Shown: positions 1 through 10,860 of the stretch, in pieces
Position numbering within the stretch: the stretch's first letter is position 1
Layout: each line of letters begins with the position of its first letter
Assembly (NCBI GenBank): GCA_002269645.1
Contig: NIVC01000850.1
Location: forward strand, 124,001-188,000
Source: Macrostomum lignano
Taxonomy: Eukaryota
Length of the DNA: 64,000 nt
Direction: 5' to 3'
The notes under the pieces: model-generated
What the model was told of the DNA's origin: nothing
The model's database searches: none
The model's input: the letters and a program-made list of their open reading frames with translations, nothing else
Position numbers and translations under genes: made by a program

Positions 1-172
1 ATGGCTGGCACAGACTCCAGAATAGATGGAGCATTGAGCAGGCCGTTAGCTGACGATTCACTGCGGCATAAGCAGGTGTGCAACAGGCGCAGGCGCTCCA
101 CACATTCGGATTCGATACTGCCGCTACCGCCACGCCTGGCTTTGTTGCTGTTGGCGGGATAAATGCCATAGA
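1..172 (-). CDS. Probable coding exon running off the window edge (unnamed gene; may continue the 4-13 kb gene)
   Basis: Acceptor cctatag| at 174-173, then an open frame (xYGIYPANSNKARRGGSGSIESECVERLRLLHTCLCRSESSANGLLNAPSILESVPA). Its phase-1 entry does not match the phase-2 exit of the 4257-4169 exon, so the linkage is unresolved. Confidence 0.45.
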
Positions 173-174
173 CT

Positions 175-528
175 ATAGGCGATTGCTTAGGGTGGAGGCG
201 ATTCCTAAGGGTGGTGACTGGTGGGGGCGATTCCTAAATGTGGGGTGGAGGCGATTCCTAAATGTGGGGTGGAGGCGATTCCTAAATGTGGGGTGGAGGC
301 GATTCCTAAATGTGGGGTGGAGGCGATTCCTAAGTGTGTGGGGTGGAGGCGATTCCTAAATGTGGGGTGGAGGCGATTCCTAAATGTGGGGTGGAGGCGA
401 TTCCTAAATGTGGGGTGGAGGCGATTCCTAAATGTGGGGTGGAGGCGATTCCTAAATGTGGGGTGGAGGCGATTCCTAAATGTGGGGTGGAGGCGATTCC
501 TAAATGTGGGGTGGAGGCGATTCCTAAG
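175..528. repeat. 24-bp G-rich minisatellite (GGCGATTCCTAAATGTGGGGTGGA)n
   Basis: Visible tandem array; the ORF track shows 8-aa periodicity (WRRFLNVG). Confidence 0.95.
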
Positions 529-2539
529 GAATCGGGTAGGGTTGCTCGCTTAACAACAATTAAGTAGAGAGAACTCAAAATTAACATTTTAGTTTTGCCA
601 ATGCATTTCGACCACAATCTCGTCAACTGCAAACTCAAATGCAAGGCTTCAAGACTTTCCTGAGAGCCCGCCTCGGACTAATCTCGTATGCAGCTCTCTG
701 GCAACTGGTCACTAAGAAAGCCAGAGAGAAGCTGCGTGCGGATGAACTGAGAATATACAAGAAACTCAAGAACCTATGGACCGAGCAAAAATCATCCCAA
801 GAAATAAAGGCCGTCACCAATCTATTTAAGCATGAGCTTTCGGTTCCCGAACTGAACTGCTTGCAACACTGCTTGCAACATAGCGAAATCCTATACTTCC
901 AAGAAGAATTAACAAATTTCAAATCGCGGCCGAGATTGAATCTGGGATTAGTAAGTGCCTTCGAGCTAAAATTGCTTTGAGTGGAGAGTTGCCAGATAGT
1001 TTTAGGATTTGTCTCATTGCTGAATTCGATAAGTTCATCTGCCGGGCTCGTGGGTATGTTGGTGCTAGACGTAATAGACTGGTCCATCAGACTCTGGAAA
1101 AGCTTAAGAAAAATAAAGAAATTAAGATTGTTAGCTACGACAAAGGCCATGGTGTTGCCATCATGGATAGCTCTGACTACTTAGGCAAACTTGACGAAAT
1201 TGTGCAGGACAAACTCAAATTTCATTGCCTTGGTGAGGCCAATGAGGTCACTATGATGCACCCCGTGCTTAAAAATGAGATCTTTACAAACTTTTCTTAG
1301 AACCTATGTGAAGTCGCACATTTGCCCTGATACTTTTCAACGGATTACTCTTTGTGGGAGCCAACCTGGCTAGCTGTATGGGCTGTGCAAAGTTCACAAA
1401 AGTGGCTACCCCCTCAGACCCATTGTGTCCATTTTCGACAATGAGGCAAAAAAGGAAGAGTTCTTTAATACCATCAATGCTACCCATAAGAACATCAGGT
1501 TTACTTCTAAGGGTGGTGCTAAAAGACTTCCCTTTCTGCACATTGACGTTGATACGAGTAAAGGTTTGATTCAAACTAGCGTGTTTAGAAAAGCTAGCTT
1601 CACTGGTCTCATGCTTAGGTTCGATGCCCTCTGCCCTAGGCAATGGAAAGACGGTTTGGTATGGTGTTTTCTGCAAAGAGCTTTTTTGATTTGCAGTTCC
1701 TGGAAGCTTTTTCATGAGGAGCTGGAACAGCTTACTCGGCTGTTCATGATGAATGGATACCCTCGTGACCATATTTCCGGCATAATTAATAGGTTTCTCT
1801 GCAAGAAGTTTTCTGGTCAAAATCATACTCAGAAGAATGATCTCAATGATGATCGTAGTCCCGTCATTGTGGTTCCTTATTTAGGCCTCTGCTCCATGGA
1901 GTTTGGGAAGAAAGTAGAAAAATTATTTAGAAGTCACATTGATTCCCAGCTCCAGGTTTTGTTCCGTACGGAAAAGATTGCTCAGTTTGTCTGCAGGTTG
2001 AAGTCCCGTGTTCCTGGACCACTTGTTGCAGGTGTCGTCTATAAATTTCATTGTTCTGTGGATCAGAACATCACCTACATTGGTAAAGCGACAATTGTAC
2101 ACAAGGGTTAAGGAGCATTGGATTAGAAATTCTGCCATCAATGAGCACCTTCTCACGTGCAACTCGATCCTGTTGCAATATGAACTGTTTTGATATGTTT
2201 AAAGCTATCGATTCCTGTAGCAAAGAAAACAAATTGAACATTCTTGAGGCGATGTACATCAAGGTTCAGAAACCAAATTTGAACAGCCAGTTAGCCATGG
2301 GGGGTGCAAGCCGCCAACTCAATGTGTTTTAGCTACGTTGGCAGTCTTGTTGAACTTTATTCAGGTTTTCTTTCTCTTGTTAACCAGACTAGACTGAAAT
2401 TGATTTGTACATGGCATTGTACAGTCTTCATTTCTTAAATAAAATATATAACTTGGTTCTGTGTGATTAATTGACGCGTCTGCCCTGAAGACGACCGATT
2501 GTGGTCGAAATGCATTGGCAAAACTAAAATGTTGATTTT
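529..2539 (+). mobile_element. Penelope-like retroelement (RT + GIY-YIG), frameshifted, RT core deleted
   Basis: Translates to PLE motifs DKGHGVAIMD..DY, LYGLCKVHKSGYPLRPIVS, HKNIRFT..LPFLHI..VFRK..FTG and MMNGYP, plus GIY-YIG VYKFHC...YIG and LNILEAMYIKVQKPNLNSQ. An inverted pLTR piece at 577-619 matches 2497-2539 (42/43). GCGATTCCTAAG flanks both sides (517-528, 2540-2551). Confidence 0.9.
2481..2520 (+). ncRNA. Minimal type I hammerhead ribozyme in the Penelope pLTR
   Basis: TGCC-CTGAAGA-C-GACC-gattgt-GGTC-GAAA-TGCAT-T-GGCA: stem I TGCC/GGCA, conserved core, 4-bp stem II, palindromic stem III ATGCAT, predicted cleavage 3' of 2516. Confidence 0.8.
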
Positions 2540-3085
2540 GCGATTCCTAAGGGGGGGGGCGATTCCTAAGGGTGGAGGCGATTCCTAAAGGGGGGTTCCT
2601 AAAGGTAAGGGCGATTCCTATACGTGGGGGCGATTTCAAAAGGTGAGGGAGGGGGCGATTTCAAAAGGTGAGGGAGGGGGCGATTTCAAAAGGTGAGGGA
2701 GGGGGCGATTTCAAAAGGTGAGGGAGGGGGCGATTTCAAAAGGTGAGGGAGGGGGCGATTTCAAAAGGTGAGGGAGGGGGCGATTTCAAAAGGTGAGGGA
2801 GGGGGCGATTTCAAAAGGTGAGGGAGGGGGCGATTTCAAAAGGTGAGGGAGGGGGCGATTTCAAAAGGTGAGGGAGGGGGCGATTTCAAAAGGTGAGGGA
2901 GGGGGCGATTTCAAAAGGTGAGGGAGGGGGCGATTTCAAAAGGTGAGGGAGGGGGCGATTTCAAAAGGTGAGGGAGGGGGCGATTTCTAAAGGTGAATGG
3001 GGAAGGGGCGACTCCTAAAGGGGAGGACGATTCCTAAAGGTGGGGTGGGGCGATTACTAAAGGTGGGGGCGATTTCTAAGGTAAG
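2540..3085. repeat. 25-bp G-rich minisatellite (GGGGGCGATTTCAAAAGGTGAGGGA)n, variant of the 24-bp array
   Basis: Period 25 seen (AGGTGAGGGA at 2641 and 2666). Shares the GGCGATT core with the 175-528 array. Confidence 0.95.
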
Positions 3086-3166
3086 AGCAGCTTTTCAGGG
3101 CGATATTCTCGAGGTCACTTCTAATTATACTAATTACTTTCTATTAGGCGTCGTATCCGACAGCTA

Positions 3167-3773
3167 TACTGTCCGTCAAAAGTTCCGGAACCCTTGCTAC
3201 GATGTCTTCTAGCGGACATAATTTCAGTCCGTTTCAATTGTAACTTGATTCAAATGAAAGCTGCGGATCTCAGCTCCATGATGTGGTCAAGAAAAAGTTT
3301 ATTCGAAGGAGCACGTGTGAACAGGCCAGTGTTATGTACATAAAGGTTAGAGAAAAAAGTGAGAAAAAGACAAACAAGCAATTGTCTATGGTTGCTGAGT
3401 CTATGGAGCAAAAACACATGGGAAGGAATCGGTTTGCGCGCAGTGTTCAGCCTGGCTAACATTAGTCTATGGCCAAAACTTGTGTTGAAATCAACAGGCT
3501 CTTATGGATTCTTGTGCAGTCAGCTTTCATGGGAGAGTAAAAAAGAGTAAAAAACAATTGCTTGTTTGTCTTTTCCTCACTTTTTTTCTCTAACCTTTAT
3601 GTACATAACACTGGCCTGTTCACACGCGCTCCTTCGAATAAACTTTTTCTTGACCACATCATGGAGCTGAGATCCGCAGCTTTCATTTGAATCAAGTTAC
3701 AATTGAAACGGACTGAAATTATGTCCGCTAGAAGACATCGTAGCAAGGGTTCCGGAACTTTTGACGGACAGTA
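3167..3773. mobile_element. Tc1/mariner-like non-autonomous foldback element (MITE), 607 bp, ~219-bp TIRs, TA TSD
   Basis: Arm 3167-3385 is the reverse complement of 3554-3773 with ~3 differences. TA at 3165-3166 and 3774-3775. Terminus TACTGTCCGTCAAAAGTT resembles Tc1-type TIRs. Confidence 0.85.
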
Positions 3774-3944
3774 TAGTTAGCTCTGCCTAATTTAAAGAGT
3801 TAAAACACTTTGAAAATGGAGCGTTTTAAAGGGTCCACTCGATTGTCAAAGCACCGCAGCACTTAGGCATCTTTTGAGGCAGATTCCGCGGACAAAAGAC
3901 GCACTTTAAGCGACATGGTCGCACAACCGGTGAGAGGCATTACT

Positions 3945-4128
3945 ACCTATTCCGCCGACTCCCCTTGAGCGCGCGGATACGAACGCAGTCCTACTTTATC
4001 TATCGTTAGGCATGTACACTTTACTGTGCCTTGGGGGTTGGCACTCAAGGCCGTTAATTGCACGAGCAGAGCCAAGCCGAGATTTTAATTATTGTGACTG
4101 CACTTAGAATCGAGCCTGGGCCGCTGGC
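3945..4128 (-). mobile_element. 5'-truncated copy of the tRNA-derived SINE seen at 19334
   Basis: Reverse complement aligns to ~19375-19575 (ccagcg.cccaggctcgatt...tctcggcttggctctgctcgtgcaattaacggccttgag...gtgtacatgcctaacgata...ctgcgt.cgtatccgcgcgc). Confidence 0.8.
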
Positions 4129-4168
4129 TTAAAGAGAACGAAGCCAACAGGAAAGAGGAACAGCATAC

Positions 4169-4257
4169 CTGGGCAGCAGAGACAGCAGAAATTGCCAGTC
4201 AGTAGAAAAGTTCAGTTGAGCAGAAAATTGCCACAGGATGCAGTTGCGAAGGCTCGG
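4169..4257 (-). CDS. Exon of unnamed multi-exon gene
   Basis: tttgtttcag|PSLRNCILWQFSAQLNFSTDWQFLLSLLP-AG|gtatgc; phase-0 entry fits the previous exon. Confidence 0.65.
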
Positions 4258-4582
4258 CTGAAACAAATTTCAAAGGGATTGAACACGAAACTGGGATTCG
4301 AAAACTCTGAGAGAGAAAGATTATAATTTTCTAATTTAAGCACGCTTGCTTTCACCTACAAATTGGCACGTTTGCAACGGCATAGAAAACTTTTGAAAGG
4401 AAAAAATGCAAAATAATATGGGATAGGATTGATGAGCAGATACTGAGGTCAAAGTTGGGGAAAGGCAAGTTCGATATCAACTCAATAGCATAGGCGCTTC
4501 AAGGACACTGCCTTGTGCATGCAGGATATTAATTTGTAGCGGGAAGCTAAATTAAACTCAGGCCATGAGTTGGAACTGAGTG

Positions 4583-5585
4583 TCCTGAATCTAAAATACC
4601 CATAGACTGCATCTGACATACCCCAGTGTCCTGAATCTAAAATCCCCTTAGACTGCATCTGACATGCCCCAGTGTCCTGAATCTAAAATACCCTTAGACT
4701 GCATCTGACATACCCCAGTGTCCTGAATCTAAAATACCCTTAGACTGCATCTGACATACCCCAGTGTCCTGAATCTAAAATACCCTTAGACTGCATCTGA
4801 CATGCCCCAGTGTCCTGAATCTAAAATACCCTTAGACTGCATCTGACATACCCCAGTGTCCTGAATCTAAAATACCCTTAGACTGCATCTGACATACCCC
4901 AGTGTCCTGAATCTAAAATACCCTTAGACTGCATCTGACATACCCCAGTGTCCTGAATCTAAAATACCCTTAGACTGCATCTGACATACCCAGTGAATCT
5001 AAAATACCCTTAGACTGCATCTGACATACTCCAGTGTCCTGAATCTAAAATACCCTTAGACTGCATCTGACATACTCCAGTGTCCTGAATCTAAAATACC
5101 CTTAGACTGCATCTGACATACCCCAGTGTCCTGAATCTAAAATACCCTTAGACTGCATCTGACATACCCCAGTGTCCTGAATCTAAAATACCCTTAGACT
5201 GCATCTGACATACCCCAGTGTCCTGAATCTAAAATACCCTTAGACTGCATCTGACATACCCAGTGAATCTAAAATACCCTTAGACTGCATCTGACATACT
5301 CCAGTGTCCTGAATCTAAAATACCCTTAGACTGCATCTGACATACTCCAGTGTCCTGAATCTAAAATACCCTTAGACTGCATCTGACATACCCCAGTGTC
5401 CTGAATCTAAAATACCCTTAGACTGCATCTGACATACCCCAGTGTCCTGAATCTAAAATACCCTTAGACTGCATCTGACATACCCAGTGTCCTGAATCTA
5501 AAATACCCTTAGACTGCATCTGACATACCCAGTGAATCTAAAATACCCTTAGACTGCATCTGACATACCCAGTGTCCTAAAATAC
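4583..5585. repeat. 46-bp intronic minisatellite (~21 copies)
   Basis: Unit CCCCAGTGTCCTGAATCTAAAATACCCTTAGACTGCATCTGACATA; a few units carry short deletions. Confidence 0.95.
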
Positions 5586-5607
5586 CCTAAGTTTTATTTT
5601 TTATTAC

Positions 5608-5733
5608 CTTGGTGAAGTCGGCAGACGACAATGGCAAAGACTGCCTGCTAGAGCCAGACGGCTTCAAAGGTTGCACCAGACTGCAAACAAAACGCATCGT
5701 GTCCACCAGAGCCTGCTGCACCGGCTGGTCCAA
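5608..5733 (-). CDS. Exon of unnamed multi-exon gene
   Basis: ctgtcag|LDQPVQQALVDTMRFVCSLVQPLKPSGSSRQSLPLSSADFTK|gtaata; 126 nt, phase 0-0. Confidence 0.7.
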
Positions 5734-5839
5734 CTGACAGGTCAATAAAACGGGGCAATATGAAACTGGATACATATTTTAAGCGTTAATTAGTTTTTTC
5801 CTAAGAAAGTAAAAACAGTGAAAGTAAGGTAGGGGTGGC

Positions 5840-6662
5840 TCAGCAACCGAGGATCTGGGAACCGAGGATCTGGGAGGCTGGCCCAGCAACTGACACTCTG
5901 GGAGGCTGGCCCAGCAACTGAAGATCTGGGAGGCTGGCCTAGCAACTGGGGATCTGGGAGGCTGGCCCAGAAACTGAGGATCTGGAAGGCTGGCCCAGCA
6001 ACTGAGGATCTGGGAGGCTGGCCCAGCAACTGAAGATCTGGGAGGCTGGCCCAGCAACTGAGGATCTGGGAGGCTGGCCTAGCAACTGGGGATCTGGGAG
6101 GCTGGCCTAGCAACTGAGGATCTGGGAGGCTGGCCCAGCAACTGAGGATCTGGGAGGCTGGCCCAGCAACTGAGGATCTGGGAGGCTGGCCTAGCAACTG
6201 GGGATCTGGGAGGCTGGCCTAGCAACTGAGGATCTGGAAGGCTGGCCCAGCAACTGAGGATCTGGGAGGCTGGCACAGCAACTGGGGATCTGGGAGGCTG
6301 GCCCAGCAACTGGGGATCTGGGAGGCTGGACCAGCAACTGAGGATCTAGGAGGCTGGACCAGCAACTGACACTCTGGGAGGCTGGCCCAGCAACTGACAC
6401 TCTGGGAGGCTGGACCAGCAACTGAGGATCTGGGAGGCTGGCACAGCAACTGGGGATCTGGGAGGCTGGCCCAGCAACTGGGGATCTGGGAGGCTGGACC
6501 AGCAACTGAGGATCTAGGAGGCTGGCCCAGCAACTGACACTCTGGGAGGCTGGACCAGCAACTGAGGATCTGGGAGGCTGGCCTAGCAACTGGGGATCTG
6601 GGAGGCTGGCCCAGCAACTGGGGATCTAAAGCATAGCGACTCCAACTGAGGATCTAGGAGGA
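5840..6662. repeat. 28-bp intronic minisatellite (GGGAGGCTGGCCCAGCAACTGAGGATCT)n
   Basis: Tandem array; the same unit recurs at ~33480-33955. Confidence 0.95.
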
Positions 6663-6685
6663 AACAACTCTGATTCGGCACTCAC

Positions 6686-7044
6686 AGCACCGCTACATCC
6701 GTCATCGACGTCGCCTCCGAGATCTGCAGCCGCGTCAACACTTGCAGCATCCAGCCTGGCCCCAATCAGGTCTATGATGGCGTCAGCGTGCCGAGTGCAG
6801 AACTGCCTAGCCGTCAAAGTATTATCATCAATGCGGCCATTGGAGTCCGGATCGATAGTTTTTGCAGCCGCAATGCCCGAGACAATATGAGCCAGTTTAA
6901 TCGAACACTTTCGGCTCATATAGGGACAGCGGCGCAGCTCTTCAACGAAACGAAGGTGTTTAGCCAGCGGCCGCATGGGGTCGGGCAGGGTGGCCAGCAG
7001 TAAGGCAGCCAGTGAGCAGCGACGCAGAGTGGTTTCAGAGAGGT
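6686..7044 (-). CDS. Exon of unnamed multi-exon gene
   Basis: gcactgcag|xLSETTLRRCSLAALLLATLPDPMRPLAKHLRF...DDGCSGA|gtgagt; phase 1 in, phase 0 out, consistent with both neighbours. Confidence 0.75.
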
Positions 7045-7149
7045 CTGCAGTGCATTTGGTTTGGTTTTCAGGTTACAGTGACTTGTATTCTCTATGCTTG
7101 AATAGTGGGATAGAACAAGAGAGAGCAGAGACGAGGAGGGAGAGAGCGG

Positions 7150-8030
7150 GGAAGGTGGAAAGAGCGGAATGAGAGGGCGGAGAGAAGAGGGAGGGAGCGG
7201 AGGGAGCGGAGGGAGAGGGCGGATAAGAGGGGGAGCGGAGGGAGAGGGCGGATAAGAGGGAGAGCGGAGGGAGAGGGCGGATAAGAGGGAGAGCGGAGGG
7301 AGAGGGTGGATAAGAGGGGGAGCGGAGGGAGAGGGCGGATAAGAGGGGGAGCGGAGGGAGAGGGCGGATAAGAGGGAGAGCGGAGGGAGAGGGTGGATAA
7401 GAGGGAGAGCGGAGGGAGAGGGTGGATAAGAGGGAGAGCGGAGGGAGAGGGTGGATAAGAGGGAGAGCGGAGGGAGAGGGTGGATAAGAGGGGGAGCGGA
7501 GGGAGAGGGTGGATAAGAGGGGGAGCGGAGGGAGAGGGCGGATAAGAGGGAGAGCGGAGGAGAGGGTGGATAAGAGGGAGAGCGGAGGGAGAGGGTGGAT
7601 AAGAGGGGGAGCGGAGGGAGAGGGTGGATAAGAGGGGGAGCGGAGGGAGAGGGTGGATAAGAGGGGGAGCGGAGGGAGAGGGTGGATAAGAGGGGAGCGG
7701 AGGGAGAGGGTGGATAAGAGGGTGTGCGGAGGGAGAGGGTGGATAAGAGGCGGAGCGGAGGGAGAGGGTGGATAAGAGGGTGTGCGGAGGGAGAGGGTGG
7801 ATAAGAGGGAGAGCGGAGGGAGAGGGTGGATAAGAGGGAGAGCGGAGGGAGAGGGTGGATAAGAGGGTGTGCGGAGGGAGAGGGTGGATAAGAGGGGGAG
7901 CGGAGGGAGAGGGTGGATAAGAGGGTGTGCGGAGGGAGAGGGTGGATAAGAGGCGGAGCGGAGGGAGAGGGCAGATAAGAGGGGAGCGGAGGGAGAGGCG
8001 GATAAGAGGGGAGCGGAGAGGACGGAGGGG
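7150..8030. repeat. 28-bp purine-rich minisatellite (GAGCGGAGGGAGAGGGTGGATAAGAGGG)n
   Basis: Tandem array; the long ORFs over it are repeat artefacts. Confidence 0.95.
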
Positions 8031-8172
8031 AGAGGGTGGAGAAGGAGGCGGTGAGCAAGCAGCAATAGATATTAGGCACAGAGTCAGTTACCAACAGATT
8101 GTAGAACAATTACACAATGATGCATGCAGAGGGCAAACAGTTAAAAATGGGAATTGGCCATCAGCAACGCAC

Positions 8173-8517
8173 CATCGCTAGTGACAATAGCGCCAATCCA
8201 GGCCTCCATAGGTTTACAAATGGACTAAGTTCGGCACAGATTAGCCAGAGGCAGCCACAGACTGGGCGCGTCCGGCCGCAGGCATTCGTCAAATCGGAAG
8301 CACTCCATACAGCGGACCAGACAGCCGAAATTGTCCGCCGCAGCTGCCGATTTATCTTGTGTTTGCAGTTCGGCAATTTCGCTAATCTGTTCGGGACCGT
8401 TCAGCTGAGCGGCGGCGAGCAATAGAGACAGCAGGAAGCTCTGCGAGGCTAGGCGGAACTTCTTGGAGAAGTAGGGCACGTGACGGGACACGGACTGGCT
8501 GGCGGCGGGGAGGGAGT
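8173..8517 (-). CDS. Exon of unnamed gene containing an in-frame TAG (8225-8227)
   Basis: aagacag|[20 protein letters not shown]...[25 protein letters not shown]|gtgcgt; 345 nt, phase 1-1, and the frame after the stop joins the 7044 exon. Confidence 0.55.
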
Positions 8518-8519
8518 CT

Positions 8520-9715
<1,196 letters not shown>

Positions 9716-10089
9716 GTAACGTTTTCCAACCGAACGTAAAAGTTCTACGATCGTAATAACGCACTGTACTTTCTCATTTATTTTAAGCAAGGTTCTGATT
9801 GACGATTTCTCGGTCAACATGGGCAGCTAGCGCGCGAGGAGGCGAGCCCCATTCCGCGCACTCTCAAGCATGAGTTACTCCCAATACTCCACACTATTCA
9901 GCTCAATAGCCCAGGGGAAAGATGACATGAAAAAACTAGCTATTAAAACAATGGAAAGCATACTAACTTATTCAGGTTAAAAAATGGCGCTTTCAATATT
10001 CTCATTGAACCGGTGTAGTGGGGGCGGGGGGTCAGAGAAGATAATAAAAAAGGCCATCTGAATCAATCGGTGATTCAAGCATCACCTAC

Positions 10090-10213
10090 CAGATGAGGCT
10101 CATAGCTGACCAGGGCAAGCCTGGCAGACAATGCGCTGCTTCAGCGCAGAATAGATATGCTGTAGAATTCCAGCTAGTGCCGGGAAAGTTGCGCAGAATA
10201 TTTGTCCAATTCA
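10090..10213 (-). CDS. Exon of unnamed multi-exon gene
   Basis: ccattgcag|(V)NWTNILRNFPGTSWNSTAYLFCAEAAHCLPGLPWSAMSLI-TG|gtaggt; phase-1 entry matches the 10822-10642 exon. Confidence 0.6.
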
Positions 10214-10339
10214 CTGCAATGGCAACAATTTATTAGAATTTACTATGTTACCTCCGTCTAATATAATAGCGCGCTATAATTGTGTTCTCTTCTAGAGGCT
10301 GCACACCTGCGATTATTGGTGGATTATGATGCGGCTTTT

Positions 10340-10590
10340 AAGGGATGGATAAGGGCGGTTATTAGCAATGGATTAGGGTGGCTATTAGGGATGCATTAGG
10401 GCGGTTATTAGGGATGGATTAGGGTGGCTATTAGGGATGGATTAGGGTGGTTATTAGGGATGCATTAGGGCGGTCATTAGGGATGGATTAGGGCGGTTAT
10501 TGAGGGATGGATTAGGGCGGTTATTAGGGATGGATTAGGGTGGCTATTAGGGTGGATTAAAGGCAGTCACAGTTGTTGATGGATTAGGAG
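10340..10590. repeat. 23-bp minisatellite with two TTAGGG motifs per unit
   Basis: Unit GATGGATTAGGGCGGTTATTAGG, period 23. Confidence 0.85.
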
Positions 10591-10641
10591 GAAATTATGG
10601 GAGGCTGTAACCATGGATAAAGGAACAGAATAAAAAATCAC

Positions 10642-10822
10642 CTTCAATACTGGCCAAGCTTCTCATAAACTTAGCTAACGATTTTGAAGGCTGACAAAAA
10701 TCTTCGACGCTGGAATCCGCAGAATTAAGAAGTGCGGCGGCGCCGGCGGAACTTCCGGGATCTTCGATAACATAGAACAGCGACGGATCGTTGAGCGTGT
10801 CCCACAGATATTGGGATAAAAA
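10642..10822 (-). CDS. Exon of unnamed multi-exon gene
   Basis: tatcccgcag|FLSQYLWDTLNDPSLFYVIEDPG...KFMRSLASIE-G|gtgatt; 181 nt, open. Confidence 0.65.
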
Positions 10823-10860
10823 CTGCGGGATAAAAACCATTAATCGTTAGTGGATTCTGC

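Noticed and set aside
577-619. Second hammerhead on the minus strand
   Set aside because: The inverted copy stops before the CUGANGA core and stem I 5' strand.
78-644. ORFs with WRRFLNVG / CGVEAIPK repeats
   Set aside because: Translations of the 24-bp minisatellite.
3194-3206. TTGCTACGATGTC in the MITE arms equals the LINE target site at 40690-40702
   Set aside because: Post-hoc 13-mer match; the LINE site is adequately explained as a degenerate local minisatellite unit.
3130-3786. Idea that the Tc1-like MITE interrupts a micro-exon (AELTSCRIRRLIE) of the unnamed gene
   Set aside because: The reconstructed exon has a phase-0 entry that does not fit the phase-2 upstream donor; unsupported without RNA data.
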